Of a stretch of DNA of 41,613 nt, positions 15,840 to 26,803 are shown piece after piece. Source of the stretch: a virus (taxonomy: Duplodnaviria; Caudoviricetes). The position numbers and the translations under genes were made by a program. The notes beneath the pieces were generated by a model. That model searched no databases and was not told the origin of the DNA. It saw only the letters and a list, made by a program, of their open reading frames with translations. Location: positions 1-41,613 of the IMG/VR virus record IMGVR_UViG_3300021133_000010, one strand, 5' to 3'. The first letter of the stretch is position 1. Each line of letters begins with the position of its first letter.

Positions 15840-17138
15840 ATGACGTCAATGTTTGACTACGATGACTCTATTAACTTGGCCTTTGATGCCAAGACGGCCG
15901 GTAAGGCTCTCGTACAAGCCAAGCACGATCTACTGACTCGTACCGGCGAGTTCCTATTCCTAGCTCACAGTGACCGTGAGTTCGCGTACCGTTGTCAAAT
16001 GATAGAAAACGACATCGAGAACGTTGCTGTTCGCAAGATGTCCTCTGTAAGTGACAGCAAGGCCAAGTTGGTTCGTGCACTCTACGAAGAGTGGTCTTTG
16101 CGTCATGCTCATTGCGTAGACTGCAAAACGGCCAACGCTGACGACCGTGACACCAGTATTTGCCATGAATGTCACAGTGCTCCCGCTACTCACACCGTAC
16201 ATGGCTACCTAAGAGTTTGTAGTAAGTGTGCTCCCACTGGAGCCGTCAAGGCTAGTAGACAGCCTGATATAAATTTTAAGCGCCCGGCCAGGGTTACAGG
16301 CTCGTTCAACAGCAAGTTCGCTAGTGAGTATGAACCCGACTTCGAAGATCAAGAACCCGGACAATTTGGAGAGGGCAGCTATCCTGGTGACGAAGACGAA
16401 CCCGCAGGACACGACGATACAATCGACTATGGTGGGGGCGACGAAGTGTGTCCCGGTTGCAAAGGACTTGCTGGCATAGACCCCAGTAGCAAGCACTGCC
16501 CAGTATGCAATGACTCAGGAGAAATTAACTTTAAGCCACGTCCGTGCAAAGGTTGTGGTGGCACAGGCCAAGATCAGTCACACTGCAATACGTGTAATGA
16601 TACGGGTATAGCCATTGATCCCGAGACTCGACAGGCCGACGAATGCCCCGACTGCAGTAACCGTGGAGAGCACAAAGAGTGTCAGGGTACCGGAGTAGAT
16701 CTCAAGAGTGTACCCGAAGCTCGTGCTTCTAGTGGTACCGGCGAGCAAGAAGGTCCTCCCGAGTTCGAAGACTTTAGTTCGGAATTTACTCCATCAGAGT
16801 CTCGTGGAAGTGTTGTAAACACCGACTACCGTGATGAGCCTTCTGCTCAAGAAGAGCCGGAGCAACCCGAACAGAGTGAGCCCGAGACTCGTACTCCTTT
16901 TGACAACTCTCTCCACATCGACCCCCTAAAGTCCAGACACTCCAAGGACTGCCCGGGAGGATGTGGTGGAACTGGAGTCAAGAGTCTAGAGCAGAGACGT
17001 GAAGTACAACGTAGTCCCGAGTGGAGAGCCGGAGTGCGCAGTATTCTCGACGAGAACGGTGCACACGATCCAGCACTGACTCGAAAGATGGAGGAGTTTA
17101 AGCGTCAAATGCTAAACTGCAGGGGAGAAGCAGAATAG
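15840..17138 (+). CDS. hypothetical protein with CxxCxGxG (DnaJ-type) zinc-finger repeats
   Basis: GGAG before ATG 15840; CPVCNDSG, CKGCGGTG, CNTCNDTG, HKECQGTG. Confidence 0.85.
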   Translation: MTSMFDYDDSINLAFDAKTAGKALVQAKHDLLTRTGEFLFLAHSDREFAYRCQMIENDIENVAVRKMSSVSDSKAKLVRALYEEWSLRHAHCVDCKTANADDRDTSICHECHSAPATHTVHGYLRVCSKCAPTGAVKASRQPDINFKRPARVTGSFNSKFASEYEPDFEDQEPGQFGEGSYPGDEDEPAGHDDTIDYGGGDEVCPGCKGLAGIDPSSKHCPVCNDSGEINFKPRPCKGCGGTGQDQSHCNTCNDTGIAIDPETRQADECPDCSNRGEHKECQGTGVDLKSVPEARASSGTGEQEGPPEFEDFSSEFTPSESRGSVVNTDYRDEPSAQEEPEQPEQSEPETRTPFDNSLHIDPLKSRHSKDCPGGCGGTGVKSLEQRREVQRSPEWRAGVRSILDENGAHDPALTRKMEEFKRQMLNCRGEAE

Positions 17139-17693
17139 ATGTCGATAAAAAATCCCGACAGGACATTTAACCCCGAGAGAAGTTGCATCGAACAAGAATA
17201 CCGAGCATTCGACGACGAAACCTACAAGGCCCTAACTGGGAGGGACAAGCCCAAGCCCGGTGAAGACTTGTGCTCCAACTATCCCGAGGGCTTTAGAGTA
17301 CCACTCGGCGGTGACGATGTAGTGCTTGTAAACCCACAAAATGTCGGTGCTGATACCATTGTGGAAGCCTGTACTAAGCATGGACGTAGACACGCGGACG
17401 AAGTATTCCGAGGACCCAAGCCGTCAACTAGAGCTACTACCAGTAACCCCATGCTTTGGGGTCAAGGAGCTAGTCTCAATAATGTTCCCGGTTATAGAGC
17501 CATTACAACTGGTGGTTATGGCCCCGATGAAGGTGCTGACCAAGCTCAAACACGTCTACAGGACGCTGCTGTAGCTCGTACCTCAATTAGTCGTAAGGTT
17601 ACTCAGAAGAATACCGAGCAAGCCAGGCGTGAAGAGGTAAACCCCGTTGAACTCATTCGTAGGCAACTAGAAGCTCAAGGAGAAGGCGAGTAG
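17139..17693 (+). CDS. hypothetical protein
   Basis: ATG directly follows the upstream TAG. Confidence 0.8.
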   Translation: MSIKNPDRTFNPERSCIEQEYRAFDDETYKALTGRDKPKPGEDLCSNYPEGFRVPLGGDDVVLVNPQNVGADTIVEACTKHGRRHADEVFRGPKPSTRATTSNPMLWGQGASLNNVPGYRAITTGGYGPDEGADQAQTRLQDAAVARTSISRKVTQKNTEQARREEVNPVELIRRQLEAQGEGE

Positions 17694-17694
17694 A

Positions 17695-20600
17695 GTGTTT
17701 AGATTCTCGTTTAAGAAGACTTCAGACGTAGACCCTCTTGTACAGCATGCTAGAGGCGAGTCTTCGAAGCCGATTTCAGTACAGAAAAAGCAAGAGACTC
17801 GAATTGATCGAGTACACCGTGAAGTGACTGAGCACAGAAAGCCGTTTGCCGTATACTCTGCTGGAAAGGGTTGGAGAGTTTTTCACCCGGAAGTTTCTGG
17901 ACTAGGTCAAGCCGCCGACGACATCGTTAATAGAGGCACTGACATTGGGCAGGTGCCTACCTCACAACGTGGTGCACTAGTAACTCGACATCAAGCTCTA
18001 CATGCCGAGCTTCTACGTGACACGGCCAATATGCAAAGACACATATTGGAGCCACACATTTATAGCCACATCCCCGGTCTAGCTGAACTCTGCCCTGAAG
18101 GCATGGCTGCCTTTATCCCCAGTCCCAATGCTGCAGAAACTAACCGTAGAAATCAAGGCGCTCCGACTAGGATTGCTTCTGCCGTACACGAGGTTAGTCT
18201 AGAGCGTCTACGGAGTCTGGTAAGTCCACAGGAACAGGCAGCTCCTAGTGCCGAAGCACCGTCTTCGACTGAGCCCCAGGTCGACTACTCCAACATTTGT
18301 GAGTGTGGTGCCCCTATAACCATAAAGTCGGGTAGAAAGACCATAAATACACACGACCCGTTGCCGGAAGGTGCTCAAGGTCAAAAGGTCGCCGAAAAGT
18401 TCAAGGAAACTCACGGATTCGACAAGCCGGCTCACGGACAGGCATTGCCCATAAGCGAGAGAACCAAGAGAGCGGCCGACTGCCTCTGGCATCCGGCGCC
18501 TACAACTGACGAGCAAGGCAACACTCTTACCGACGAGCAGCGTGAAGCTCGACGCAACAACAGGGGTATTACCGTAGTAGAACCACGAGGCGACTACTTT
18601 AGACACTTTGAGCTAGTAGAGCCCACTGGAGCCGATTGGAAGAGTCGTGGTCACACTGACTCGAGTCTTACATCTCTCAATGCCGTAAAGGGTTGTCCCA
18701 CTTGCGGCAGTACCGGACGTACGGGATTTGCTCGTGAAAACTCAGTCCCCCACCTACAGTGTAGTCCCGGCCACATCAACATGCGCTACGATAAAGACCG
18801 TAGACTATTCGTACCGGAGAGTGTTGGACTCGGCGGTGGTAAACTAGGTCTTCCGGAAGGCGAACAAGGGCGTCCATGTACCGCCGGTTGTAGTGACGGT
18901 TGGGTCACTACTCAAGGTGACCGTATGAACGAAAACGGTACCAAGGTCAAGTGTGTACATTGTGGCGGTAGTGGCCAAGAGCCGTCGGAACGTAGTTGCT
19001 CTTGCCGCAATGGACGTCAAATGTTGACTCCAAGTACCGATTGCCCCACTTGTGCAGGCCGTGGTACTGTTCCCGTCGAACCTCCTGCCGAAGGAGAAAA
19101 CCTCGGCCGTCTAGAGACCGTAACTCACACGGGTCACGGTAGTCCAGTACAAAACGTGGCCTGTACTCATGCTACCGAGCCGGTACAGTTCCGTCCTCGC
19201 GAAGACGCCCACCCTAACTGCACCGCCTGTCATGGAACCGGTGAAGATGCCGAAGGTAATCCATGCAAAAACTGCCTCAGTACTAGTTCGGGTGTAGAAC
19301 TAGTTATGCCTGCTGGTGTATCGTTGGGTAGTAGCATCCCCATCAAGACTTTGCAGAAGTCTGACCTAGCAACTCCGCAAAAGGTACTATGGATTCCCAG
19401 TGCTGGGTACACGGGTTCTAGTGACTCTGGCCCCGTTGGGCCTCGTGAACAACTGGCCGAGCGAGACCGTAGAGGTGGAGGACGTTCAGTACAGGTCGGA
19501 AACCTAGTACCGGGTATCGAAGCAGACCCCGAGCACCTATCACGAGTGCGTGCAGCAGCAGAGTCAACTCACCCGTCTTCTGCCAATACCGCTCGTGTCC
19601 GCGAGCACATGAACGTAATGAGTGAGCGTGGAGACCTCGATGTACCTACTCCCGTAGGACCCAACCCCTATGCCACTTCTGACCGTGAACACGGAACTCT
19701 GCACCCCGACGTAGTCAAGGCCATCCCAGACGTCGAGTCCAGAATTGGTGCTCTATTCCCCAACAGAGGTGGCAGTGTAGGAGAATTTGCATCACGACTA
19801 GATCGACTATACAAGCATCTGTCCAACGCTCGTGATGCTGAAGACCGAGGCGATCTCGCAGAGGCTGCACGACACCACAACTTCTACAAGAGTGACTTGG
19901 GTAGGGCAGCAGAAGAAGGCGGTTACCAAAAGGGGAGTCTACTAGACTACTCCCAGCGAGTCTTCCACCCCACTCAGCAAAGAGCCTACCAGACGACACA
20001 AAATAGAAACATTCCGGGAAGACTCGAGGAAAAGTGGCCTGCTGGCCCTCCCGTAGACCCTACAGAGGGTATTAAGTCGATACTTACTCGTCTCAACCCC
20101 AAGGCAGCCAGTCGTAGATTTAACCCTCGTATGGCCGTAACCAGAGACGAGCTAAGAGATCTACTAAACACTACTCCGGGTATGTCAGTGTTCCACCCCG
20201 AGGACTTGGACGAAGAAGGTCAAGAGAAGCCCATCGAACCCGAAGTCAAGAGCACGAGAGTTTTGCGCCCTGGTCACCCCGACTATGAAAAGATCAGAGC
20301 CAAGATGGCCCCAGACCCTAGTGGAGCAAAGAGTCGAGAAGCCAAAGACAAGATTCGTGGTCTTTGGAGTAGTATATCCAGAGTAGACCGCATAGAAAAC
20401 CCGTGTCCTTGTACTCAGGATGGCTCCAAGGAACCCGAAGAGTTCTGCCCAAACTGTGCTGGTAGTGGGGCAAACCGCAATGCCCCCGACCCCAGAGCAC
20501 AAGCAATCAAAACTCGTAATGGACGTCGTAATTACCACGAAAAGCTGGACTGGAGAGGGCGTCTCAAGCATTGCAACGCCAATATGTGTGACGAGTCATG

Positions 20601-22287
20601 TCCAGTCAATAACTTGGGACTAACTCAATCGTCCATGGGACGTCAGGGCAAAGACGGCAAGTTGGACATGACCAAGCCGGGCTTTATCGATCGTATTCGT
20701 GATTCGGTCATGGATCTCTACGATCAGCGCAAGAGAGACAAGGGTCCACGAGTATCTGACACCCACAATAGAGGCGGACAGAGTGACCTGACGCCCGAAG
20801 TCACTTCCAGACCCCCGAAGCCGTTGGCACTAGGACTTGCACGACACCAACTTAGTTCAGTGGGTTCGGACGGCACTATCCAACCCGGAACTCACGTACA
20901 CGTACTCACTCAGGGTTTCTTGGGCACTGACCCCGGTCTTACTACAGACCCACACGCCACTGGTGTAACTATTGATCGTTACGACAACGGAGTACACCTA
21001 GTACACGTTACATTCACTCCTGCTGATGTCCGTAGACAGGCCGAGAAGGAGGGTCGACCATTCCTCGGAGAAGGCCGTAGTCGTCTTATGCTCGTCGGAG
21101 AAAAGAACTTGGTTCCGGTAAGTGACTCGGGTCTAAAGTCGAGTCTCTACATGGGTTCTCGTACAGTCAAGGACTTCCCCATCTCGAGAATCCCCAACTA
21201 TGACCCCTACGAAGAAGTAGAACCACGTGAGAGTCGTAGAGCAAGAGGCGTGGACGAAGAGAGCGTCCCCAACGACGAGACTCCCGAAGACAAGGAGCGC
21301 ACCACTACGGTAGTGCATCACGACTACCGTCCGAACCCCTACGACGAAGAAGGGTTCCGTGCCAAGCAAGAGGGCGATAGTCTTCCAGCACAGGCACTAC
21401 GAGCCGTAGCCGAACACATCGATCGCAAGGCCGGAGTACACGAGGGTGGAAAGAACGAGCAAGAGGGTGCTGCCTTTAGACTAAGCAAGCCTCGTGGTAT
21501 GCTGGATGCTGAACCCACTCGTGGTGCAGCCAATGTCAAGCAGATCTCGTCTCAGTACCGTGATCAAGCACTCGGCATGAAGGACGAGAACGAGCTCGAA
21601 ACTGTGGCCGAAGAGCCTAGTCTCGAAGACGTTGGACTACACAATACTTCGTTCGATGAAATGCACAAGAAGATACAGGAGGGTCTAGGCCGTAAGCCCA
21701 CTCTCGAAGAGGGTCAGCACATTGCCGAGAGTCTACTAGGCAAGAACGGACCTGCAGAAAACTTGGGCGCTATTATTCCCAGAATCCAGGACGGTTCTTG
21801 GCGTACACACGGGACTACAGCACGTCGACGTTTTTCTTCTAAGCGTGCCTTTATGGAGCAACTAGACGGTTCCATCATCAAGTCCCCCATCGACCCTTCC
21901 AACAATAAGGACCTAGAAATTCCTCCGTGTAGACTTTGCGACCAGCCCAACAATGCTGCAGGTCTAGGACCAATCATACAGGACAAGAAGGCAGTAAACG
22001 GTATGCCACTCTGGGCCCATGAAAAGTGTGCTCAAGACGCTGACGTAGACCCATTCCAAAATCTAATGGACTTCCGTCAAACATCGCTTCCTCATCTAGA
22101 GGTAAACATGGAGACGGACAGTGTTACGGCCAATAAGATCGAAGACACTGAAGTTGTACAGAAAACTCAGCATATGCCTCATAGAATGCACAATCCCGTA
22201 CAACCCGCTTCCATCATAAGGACCCAGGCCGACAATGTGGACGAGTCTGGAACAGCTGAAGTCCCCGGCAGTACTTTCCATAACTAA
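17695..22287 (+). CDS. 1530-aa hydrophilic protein with CxxCxGxG zinc-finger repeats
   Basis: CPTCGSTG, CVHCGGSG, CPTCAGRG, CTACHGTG, CPNCAGSG. Confidence 0.9.
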   Translation: MFRFSFKKTSDVDPLVQHARGESSKPISVQKKQETRIDRVHREVTEHRKPFAVYSAGKGWRVFHPEVSGLGQAADDIVNRGTDIGQVPTSQRGALVTRHQALHAELLRDTANMQRHILEPHIYSHIPGLAELCPEGMAAFIPSPNAAETNRRNQGAPTRIASAVHEVSLERLRSLVSPQEQAAPSAEAPSSTEPQVDYSNICECGAPITIKSGRKTINTHDPLPEGAQGQKVAEKFKETHGFDKPAHGQALPISERTKRAADCLWHPAPTTDEQGNTLTDEQREARRNNRGITVVEPRGDYFRHFELVEPTGADWKSRGHTDSSLTSLNAVKGCPTCGSTGRTGFARENSVPHLQCSPGHINMRYDKDRRLFVPESVGLGGGKLGLPEGEQGRPCTAGCSDGWVTTQGDRMNENGTKVKCVHCGGSGQEPSERSCSCRNGRQMLTPSTDCPTCAGRGTVPVEPPAEGENLGRLETVTHTGHGSPVQNVACTHATEPVQFRPREDAHPNCTACHGTGEDAEGNPCKNCLSTSSGVELVMPAGVSLGSSIPIKTLQKSDLATPQKVLWIPSAGYTGSSDSGPVGPREQLAERDRRGGGRSVQVGNLVPGIEADPEHLSRVRAAAESTHPSSANTARVREHMNVMSERGDLDVPTPVGPNPYATSDREHGTLHPDVVKAIPDVESRIGALFPNRGGSVGEFASRLDRLYKHLSNARDAEDRGDLAEAARHHNFYKSDLGRAAEEGGYQKGSLLDYSQRVFHPTQQRAYQTTQNRNIPGRLEEKWPAGPPVDPTEGIKSILTRLNPKAASRRFNPRMAVTRDELRDLLNTTPGMSVFHPEDLDEEGQEKPIEPEVKSTRVLRPGHPDYEKIRAKMAPDPSGAKSREAKDKIRGLWSSISRVDRIENPCPCTQDGSKEPEEFCPNCAGSGANRNAPDPRAQAIKTRNGRRNYHEKLDWRGRLKHCNANMCDESCPVNNLGLTQSSMGRQGKDGKLDMTKPGFIDRIRDSVMDLYDQRKRDKGPRVSDTHNRGGQSDLTPEVTSRPPKPLALGLARHQLSSVGSDGTIQPGTHVHVLTQGFLGTDPGLTTDPHATGVTIDRYDNGVHLVHVTFTPADVRRQAEKEGRPFLGEGRSRLMLVGEKNLVPVSDSGLKSSLYMGSRTVKDFPISRIPNYDPYEEVEPRESRRARGVDEESVPNDETPEDKERTTTVVHHDYRPNPYDEEGFRAKQEGDSLPAQALRAVAEHIDRKAGVHEGGKNEQEGAAFRLSKPRGMLDAEPTRGAANVKQISSQYRDQALGMKDENELETVAEEPSLEDVGLHNTSFDEMHKKIQEGLGRKPTLEEGQHIAESLLGKNGPAENLGAIIPRIQDGSWRTHGTTARRRFSSKRAFMEQLDGSIIKSPIDPSNNKDLEIPPCRLCDQPNNAAGLGPIIQDKKAVNGMPLWAHEKCAQDADVDPFQNLMDFRQTSLPHLEVNMETDSVTANKIEDTEVVQKTQHMPHRMHNPVQPASIIRTQADNVDESGTAEVPGSTFHN

Positions 22288-22345
22288 CAAATGTAATTAC
22301 CCCCGCTAGATACGTTAGAGTACGTATCTCGATTTAGGAGAAAAG

Positions 22346-22864
22346 ATGAACTACCACAAGGCCGAGAAGGACAACAACTTCCTACCCCCGGGGAGTCCAC
22401 TGCCCGCAGACTTCATTGACCCCACTAACTTTAGTGGACAAGATCGTGAAAAGATGCTGGAGCAAAGAAGTGGTCTAGACACCAAAGCCGACCAGTACGC
22501 TCAGCAAGGTATGGCCAATAACGGAATGCAAAACCCGGCCACTGACGCTGTACCCATGGCCATGAACCCCAACCTAGTCAAGAGCCCGGACCTAAGCCTA
22601 GTTCCAGACACAATCGGTGAAACGGCCAGTGCCCAACGTCGCGGGTTTAACACTCGTCAGGCTCGAGTCGACTTCACAATGGGTGTAGTAGCCAATAGCC
22701 ACTTAGAGCCACTAGAGGGCGCTCGAGTCTACGTAGAGACACCTAGCACCAAGATTGCCGGTAGTATCCTAGCAGTGGGTGACCAAGAGTTCGCCGTTGT
22801 TTGGGACGACAAGACGGCCAGTGTCGAGCGCAAGGGCGACTACGAGTTGGTATTTAAGAACTAA
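22346..22864 (+). CDS. hypothetical protein, possible C-terminal SH3-like barrel
   Basis: AGGAG SD; C-terminal GARVYV...GSILAV...FAVVWDD pattern. Confidence 0.8.
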   Translation: MNYHKAEKDNNFLPPGSPLPADFIDPTNFSGQDREKMLEQRSGLDTKADQYAQQGMANNGMQNPATDAVPMAMNPNLVKSPDLSLVPDTIGETASAQRRGFNTRQARVDFTMGVVANSHLEPLEGARVYVETPSTKIAGSILAVGDQEFAVVWDDKTASVERKGDYELVFKN

Positions 22865-22867
22865 GAC

Positions 22868-23449
22868 ATGTTTAGAGCCAGAAGAACCAAGATCGTCTCT
22901 ACACCCGTAGAGGAGGTCCTTGAGGTTAAGAGTCCGGAACCCGTCGTCGAGCCCGTTGTAGTCGAAGAGTATGTAAACCTCGATTACGTAGAAGTAGTGG
23001 GTCAAGTGGACTACGTTTGTTACGGTAAGGTCTACGACTATGACGGCAAAAGCTACGATTTCGAGTGGGATCTAGACCGTCAACGTCTAATACGACTTCT
23101 AGGAGTCAATGTAGACCTGCTGGTTCTAGAGAGCACTCGTGAGCTACTTTCCCAGAACTTTAAGGCTCTGGAAAAGACTGTAGCCCAGAGTCTGGAGGAA
23201 GGACTAAGAAGTACAGTTGTACCCGTCTTGGACAACCTTGTACGAGGACTCAAGGCCTTGGAAGACAAGTCGGAGAAGCCGTTTCTAGTACCACCGGTCC
23301 CTAGGTATGAGCCCAAGCCGGTTCCAGCACAAGTAGTGCGTAGCGAAGAACTCATAGATGTAGCCGAAGAGGACTTCGCAGTAAATGCAATGAAGTTCTT
23401 ACAAGAGGACAGAACCCAAGACCTCGGTATAGATTATATGAGTCTCTAG
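22868..23449 (+). CDS. hypothetical protein
   Basis: 193-aa ORF abutting neighbours. Confidence 0.8.
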   Translation: MFRARRTKIVSTPVEEVLEVKSPEPVVEPVVVEEYVNLDYVEVVGQVDYVCYGKVYDYDGKSYDFEWDLDRQRLIRLLGVNVDLLVLESTRELLSQNFKALEKTVAQSLEEGLRSTVVPVLDNLVRGLKALEDKSEKPFLVPPVPRYEPKPVPAQVVRSEELIDVAEEDFAVNAMKFLQEDRTQDLGIDYMSL

Positions 23450-23457
23450 GAGAGATT

Positions 23458-24213
23458 ATGAATTTCGCAGAAGGCAAAGGACCCAAGCAGGTCAAGGCCA
23501 ACTACTACCCTACGGGACAGTTTGTTACGGTGTACGGAGTAGACGGTGCTCCTACCGGGAACCCCAATATTGCAAGTCCAGCCTACCCGGCGGTCCAGGG
23601 TTCCACCAGTATTAGTGGCCAGTCTTGGCGTGGCGGTATGGTGGGTAGTCTAGCACCTGGACTTAATATCAACGTCAACGGCAATGGTGCTACGGACATT
23701 AGTCTAGTATGTAGTCCGGGCAGTAACGAAAGCGTACAGGACATCGGGTCCACGGGTGTTACTCTAAGCACTGACGGTTATTTTACGGGTAGTGGAACCG
23801 TTACTGTACAGGGTACCAGTAACCGTTACTTGGACAACGACGACTACACGGCCAGTCACTGGACCACCATTACGGGTACTACTGTGTCTGGTGCCAATAA
23901 CACCTATACGCTCTCTTTGAGTCCTGGCACCTTCCCCATCTACAATGCCTACCGACTAGTGGCCAGTGGTTTTTCCAGTTGCAGTGGTATCGTCAACTGG
24001 GCCATAGCCGGAATGTTCTTGGACATTAGTGCCATGAGAGTCGGAGTTAATGCAGTTGACGCCAACGGCAATATTGGCCAGATGAGTATCCAGGCTCCTC
24101 GCAACATCACTATTTCGGGTGGTGCTGAAAGTGACATAGAGGGCAGCGTAGAGTACGCCTACCTCAATGTTCCCTACGAAAACGTCAAGGCCAACAGAGA
24201 CTACATCAACTAA
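23458..24213 (+). CDS. putative virion protein (beta-rich, G/S/T/N-rich)
   Basis: AGGAG SD; composition like the downstream structural proteins. Confidence 0.7.
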   Translation: MNFAEGKGPKQVKANYYPTGQFVTVYGVDGAPTGNPNIASPAYPAVQGSTSISGQSWRGGMVGSLAPGLNINVNGNGATDISLVCSPGSNESVQDIGSTGVTLSTDGYFTGSGTVTVQGTSNRYLDNDDYTASHWTTITGTTVSGANNTYTLSLSPGTFPIYNAYRLVASGFSSCSGIVNWAIAGMFLDISAMRVGVNAVDANGNIGQMSIQAPRNITISGGAESDIEGSVEYAYLNVPYENVKANRDYIN

Positions 24214-24222
24214 GGAGTTGAA

Positions 24223-24411
24223 ATGGAACGTCAGCAGAATATAAGATCAGCTAGTACGCGTCGTGTAGGAGCCAACTTTGACTTCAACGGGAACCCCATT
24301 ATACAGAATGACAATGGTGGTACCATTAGAATCAGTGTAGGCGTTAGTCTCTACGATTGTGGCCACCAAAGCATTCCAGGTGTTAGCACCTGCAGCTGCG
24401 CTAACTACTAA
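24223..24411 (+). CDS. hypothetical protein (62 aa)
   Basis: AAGGAG SD. Confidence 0.75.
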   Translation: MERQQNIRSASTRRVGANFDFNGNPIIQNDNGGTIRISVGVSLYDCGHQSIPGVSTCSCANY

Positions 24412-24425
24412 GATAGGAATCTTTA

Positions 24426-26768
24426 ATGTCACCTGACTGGAGCGCTTCAGCAGAGCTCAGTCGTATGCGCAAAGAGGGTATTACCGGGTCCAGTAATCCC
24501 GTGCGTCATCGTCTAGAGACCCAGGGCATGTTACGCAATGTCCGTACCGGTGGTTCTCTGATCGGTGACGTCTCTCGTATGCCGCCAGAAGGACGTCAAA
24601 GACTCAACGGTCTTGGCAATGACTACCTTCAGGAAAACAAGATGTCTCGTACATCTAACCGTAGAACTGGAGCCGCCACGGGTAGTGACGCTCAGTGGGC
24701 CATGCCCAAACTACACGATCCATTCGAGTATTGGCGTGAGCGTACTTGGTGGTTCAATATGGAGGACCCCGATGAACAAACTCGTAAGATTCGTGACTGG
24801 GCTCGACTACTCTACACCACTCACTATCTCGTTCCAAGTCTTATTGATATCTATACTCGCTATCCTCTTCTCGATATTGAACTAGTACACCCGGACAAGA
24901 GAATCAGCGAGTTTTACAACGAGCTGTTCTTTGACGGACTCGACTACCAGGAGTTCCTCTTTGATCTAGGACGTGAGCACTGGACTGTGGGTGAAGTATT
25001 CGCCATGGGCAGTTGGCATGATGGCATCGGTGCCTGGGACCAAGACGAGATCATTAACCCCAATGACGTAGTAGTGGCCAAAAATCGTGCACTACGAACC
25101 TACCAGTACCACATCAAGGTTCCCGAGGAGATCAAGCGTCTCATCGAGCGTAGAGAACCGGCTCAAGAATATCAGATGCTTATGCAGATGTACCCGGATG
25201 TTGTAGCCTGGGCACGTCAAGACAAAGAGATTCCGGTCTCCGACGTCATTATGAAGCAGATCAAGTTCAAGACTAACCCATGGAGTGAACATGGTACTCC
25301 TATTCTGCTTCGTGCTTTTCGTATGCTTATGCTGGAAGAAAGCCTCAACGCTGCTCAAGATGCTATTGCTGACCGACTGTATAGTCCTCTTATTCTTGCA
25401 ACTCTTGGTCTCCCTGACGTGGACCAAGATGGACCTTGGATCCCTGATGCTACTGAGCTACAGTCACTGAGAGACGATCTCAGTATGGCCATTAACTCGG
25501 ACTTCCGACTAATGACCTACCACCATGGTCTACAGATCCAGAATGCCTTTGGACGTGAAAGTATGCCGCGTCTAGACCAAGACTTTATGCGAGTAGAGAG
25601 CAAGGTCATGCAGGTCTTTGGTATCGGTGCTGACCTACTGCAGGGTGGCAACGGTGGTACCTACGCCAGTGGTGCTCTTAACCGTGAGCTCATTACTCAG
25701 ATGTTGAGTACCTATCAGCACAAGATTGAGCGTTTCATTCGTAGTCGCATGGAACCCGTGGCCGAACGACAGGGTCACTACGAGTACCGCAATGTAGGCG
25801 GACAACGAGTCCCAGTCATGGAAACCGTGCTTATGGTTGATGAAGAGACCGGTGCCGAGTATGTAGAAGAGCGACCCAAGCTGGCCATCCCGGAAGTACG
25901 GTTCCGCAGTATGAACCTACGCGACGAAACCATCGAGCGAGGCTTTTTACAGCAGTTGCAGGCTAGTGGGTTCCCGATTAGTCTCGGAACTCTAGCCGTC
26001 AACATTCCCATTGATTTCGAAGACGAAGTACAGGCTCGTAAGCAAGAGAAGATCGCCACGGTCGTTGCCGAGCAACAGTTCAAGAAGGAACTCTGGGACC
26101 GACTTACCATGTTGGGCTTGCCGATTCCGCCGGAATACGTACAAGAATACCAAGCCTATATGGCCATTATGGAAGACCCGGCAATGGGAGCCCAGCTTGC
26201 CCCCGGAGCCATGGCCGGTCTAACCAGTATGCCGGCCGCACCCAATATGACGGGTGCCGGACCCGCTAGTGACGTTAGTAGTATTCCTGAAATGTACCCG
26301 AGTGGGCCTATCCAGAGCCCAGAGCAACGTCAACGACCCGAGATCAGTTACGAGCAAAGAGCCAACGCTCCCAAGGCCCCCAAGAAGGGTCCCAAGAATG
26401 GCCCCAAGAAGAAGACGGCCAGTGTTAGTGGCTGGGACGACGATTTCGACGACGAACCCTTCGAGACTGTGACCTATGGCGGTCGTATGCAGTTCTCGGT
26501 TCCGGCCGAACAGAAGAAGCGCAAGCGCATGAAGCTGGCCAAGGGCATGAAGATCATCGTGGACGATAGCTACGAGAAGTTCTCAGAAGACGAGTTCAAA
26601 GAGCATCTAGCCAGTATCATCGATGACAATAATGAAGATGCTTTTATTCCTACTCCTACCACTACTCCAAACCCCGAGGGCAACCCTATTGCCGACGATG
26701 CTGGTAAGGACGGGCAGGGTGGAGGAACAGCGTCTAGTGCTCCACACATTACCGGAGCTGGCCTCTAG
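24426..26768 (+). CDS. portal protein
   Basis: size, position before protease and capsid; GEVF, INP, HGTPILLRAFRMLMLEESL...YSPLILATLG segments recalled from Bxz1-like portals. Confidence 0.8.
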   Translation: MSPDWSASAELSRMRKEGITGSSNPVRHRLETQGMLRNVRTGGSLIGDVSRMPPEGRQRLNGLGNDYLQENKMSRTSNRRTGAATGSDAQWAMPKLHDPFEYWRERTWWFNMEDPDEQTRKIRDWARLLYTTHYLVPSLIDIYTRYPLLDIELVHPDKRISEFYNELFFDGLDYQEFLFDLGREHWTVGEVFAMGSWHDGIGAWDQDEIINPNDVVVAKNRALRTYQYHIKVPEEIKRLIERREPAQEYQMLMQMYPDVVAWARQDKEIPVSDVIMKQIKFKTNPWSEHGTPILLRAFRMLMLEESLNAAQDAIADRLYSPLILATLGLPDVDQDGPWIPDATELQSLRDDLSMAINSDFRLMTYHHGLQIQNAFGRESMPRLDQDFMRVESKVMQVFGIGADLLQGGNGGTYASGALNRELITQMLSTYQHKIERFIRSRMEPVAERQGHYEYRNVGGQRVPVMETVLMVDEETGAEYVEERPKLAIPEVRFRSMNLRDETIERGFLQQLQASGFPISLGTLAVNIPIDFEDEVQARKQEKIATVVAEQQFKKELWDRLTMLGLPIPPEYVQEYQAYMAIMEDPAMGAQLAPGAMAGLTSMPAAPNMTGAGPASDVSSIPEMYPSGPIQSPEQRQRPEISYEQRANAPKAPKKGPKNGPKKKTASVSGWDDDFDDEPFETVTYGGRMQFSVPAEQKKRKRMKLAKGMKIIVDDSYEKFSEDEFKEHLASIIDDNNEDAFIPTPTTTPNPEGNPIADDAGKDGQGGGTASSAPHITGAGL

Positions 26769-26803
26769 ATAATGTAATATACTCTGGGTGTAACTAGAGT
26801 GGT

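Noticed and set aside
15840-22287. DnaJ chaperone call
   Set aside because: Only the zinc-finger repeats are present; HPD tripeptides in the 1530-aa protein are not in a recognisable J-domain context.
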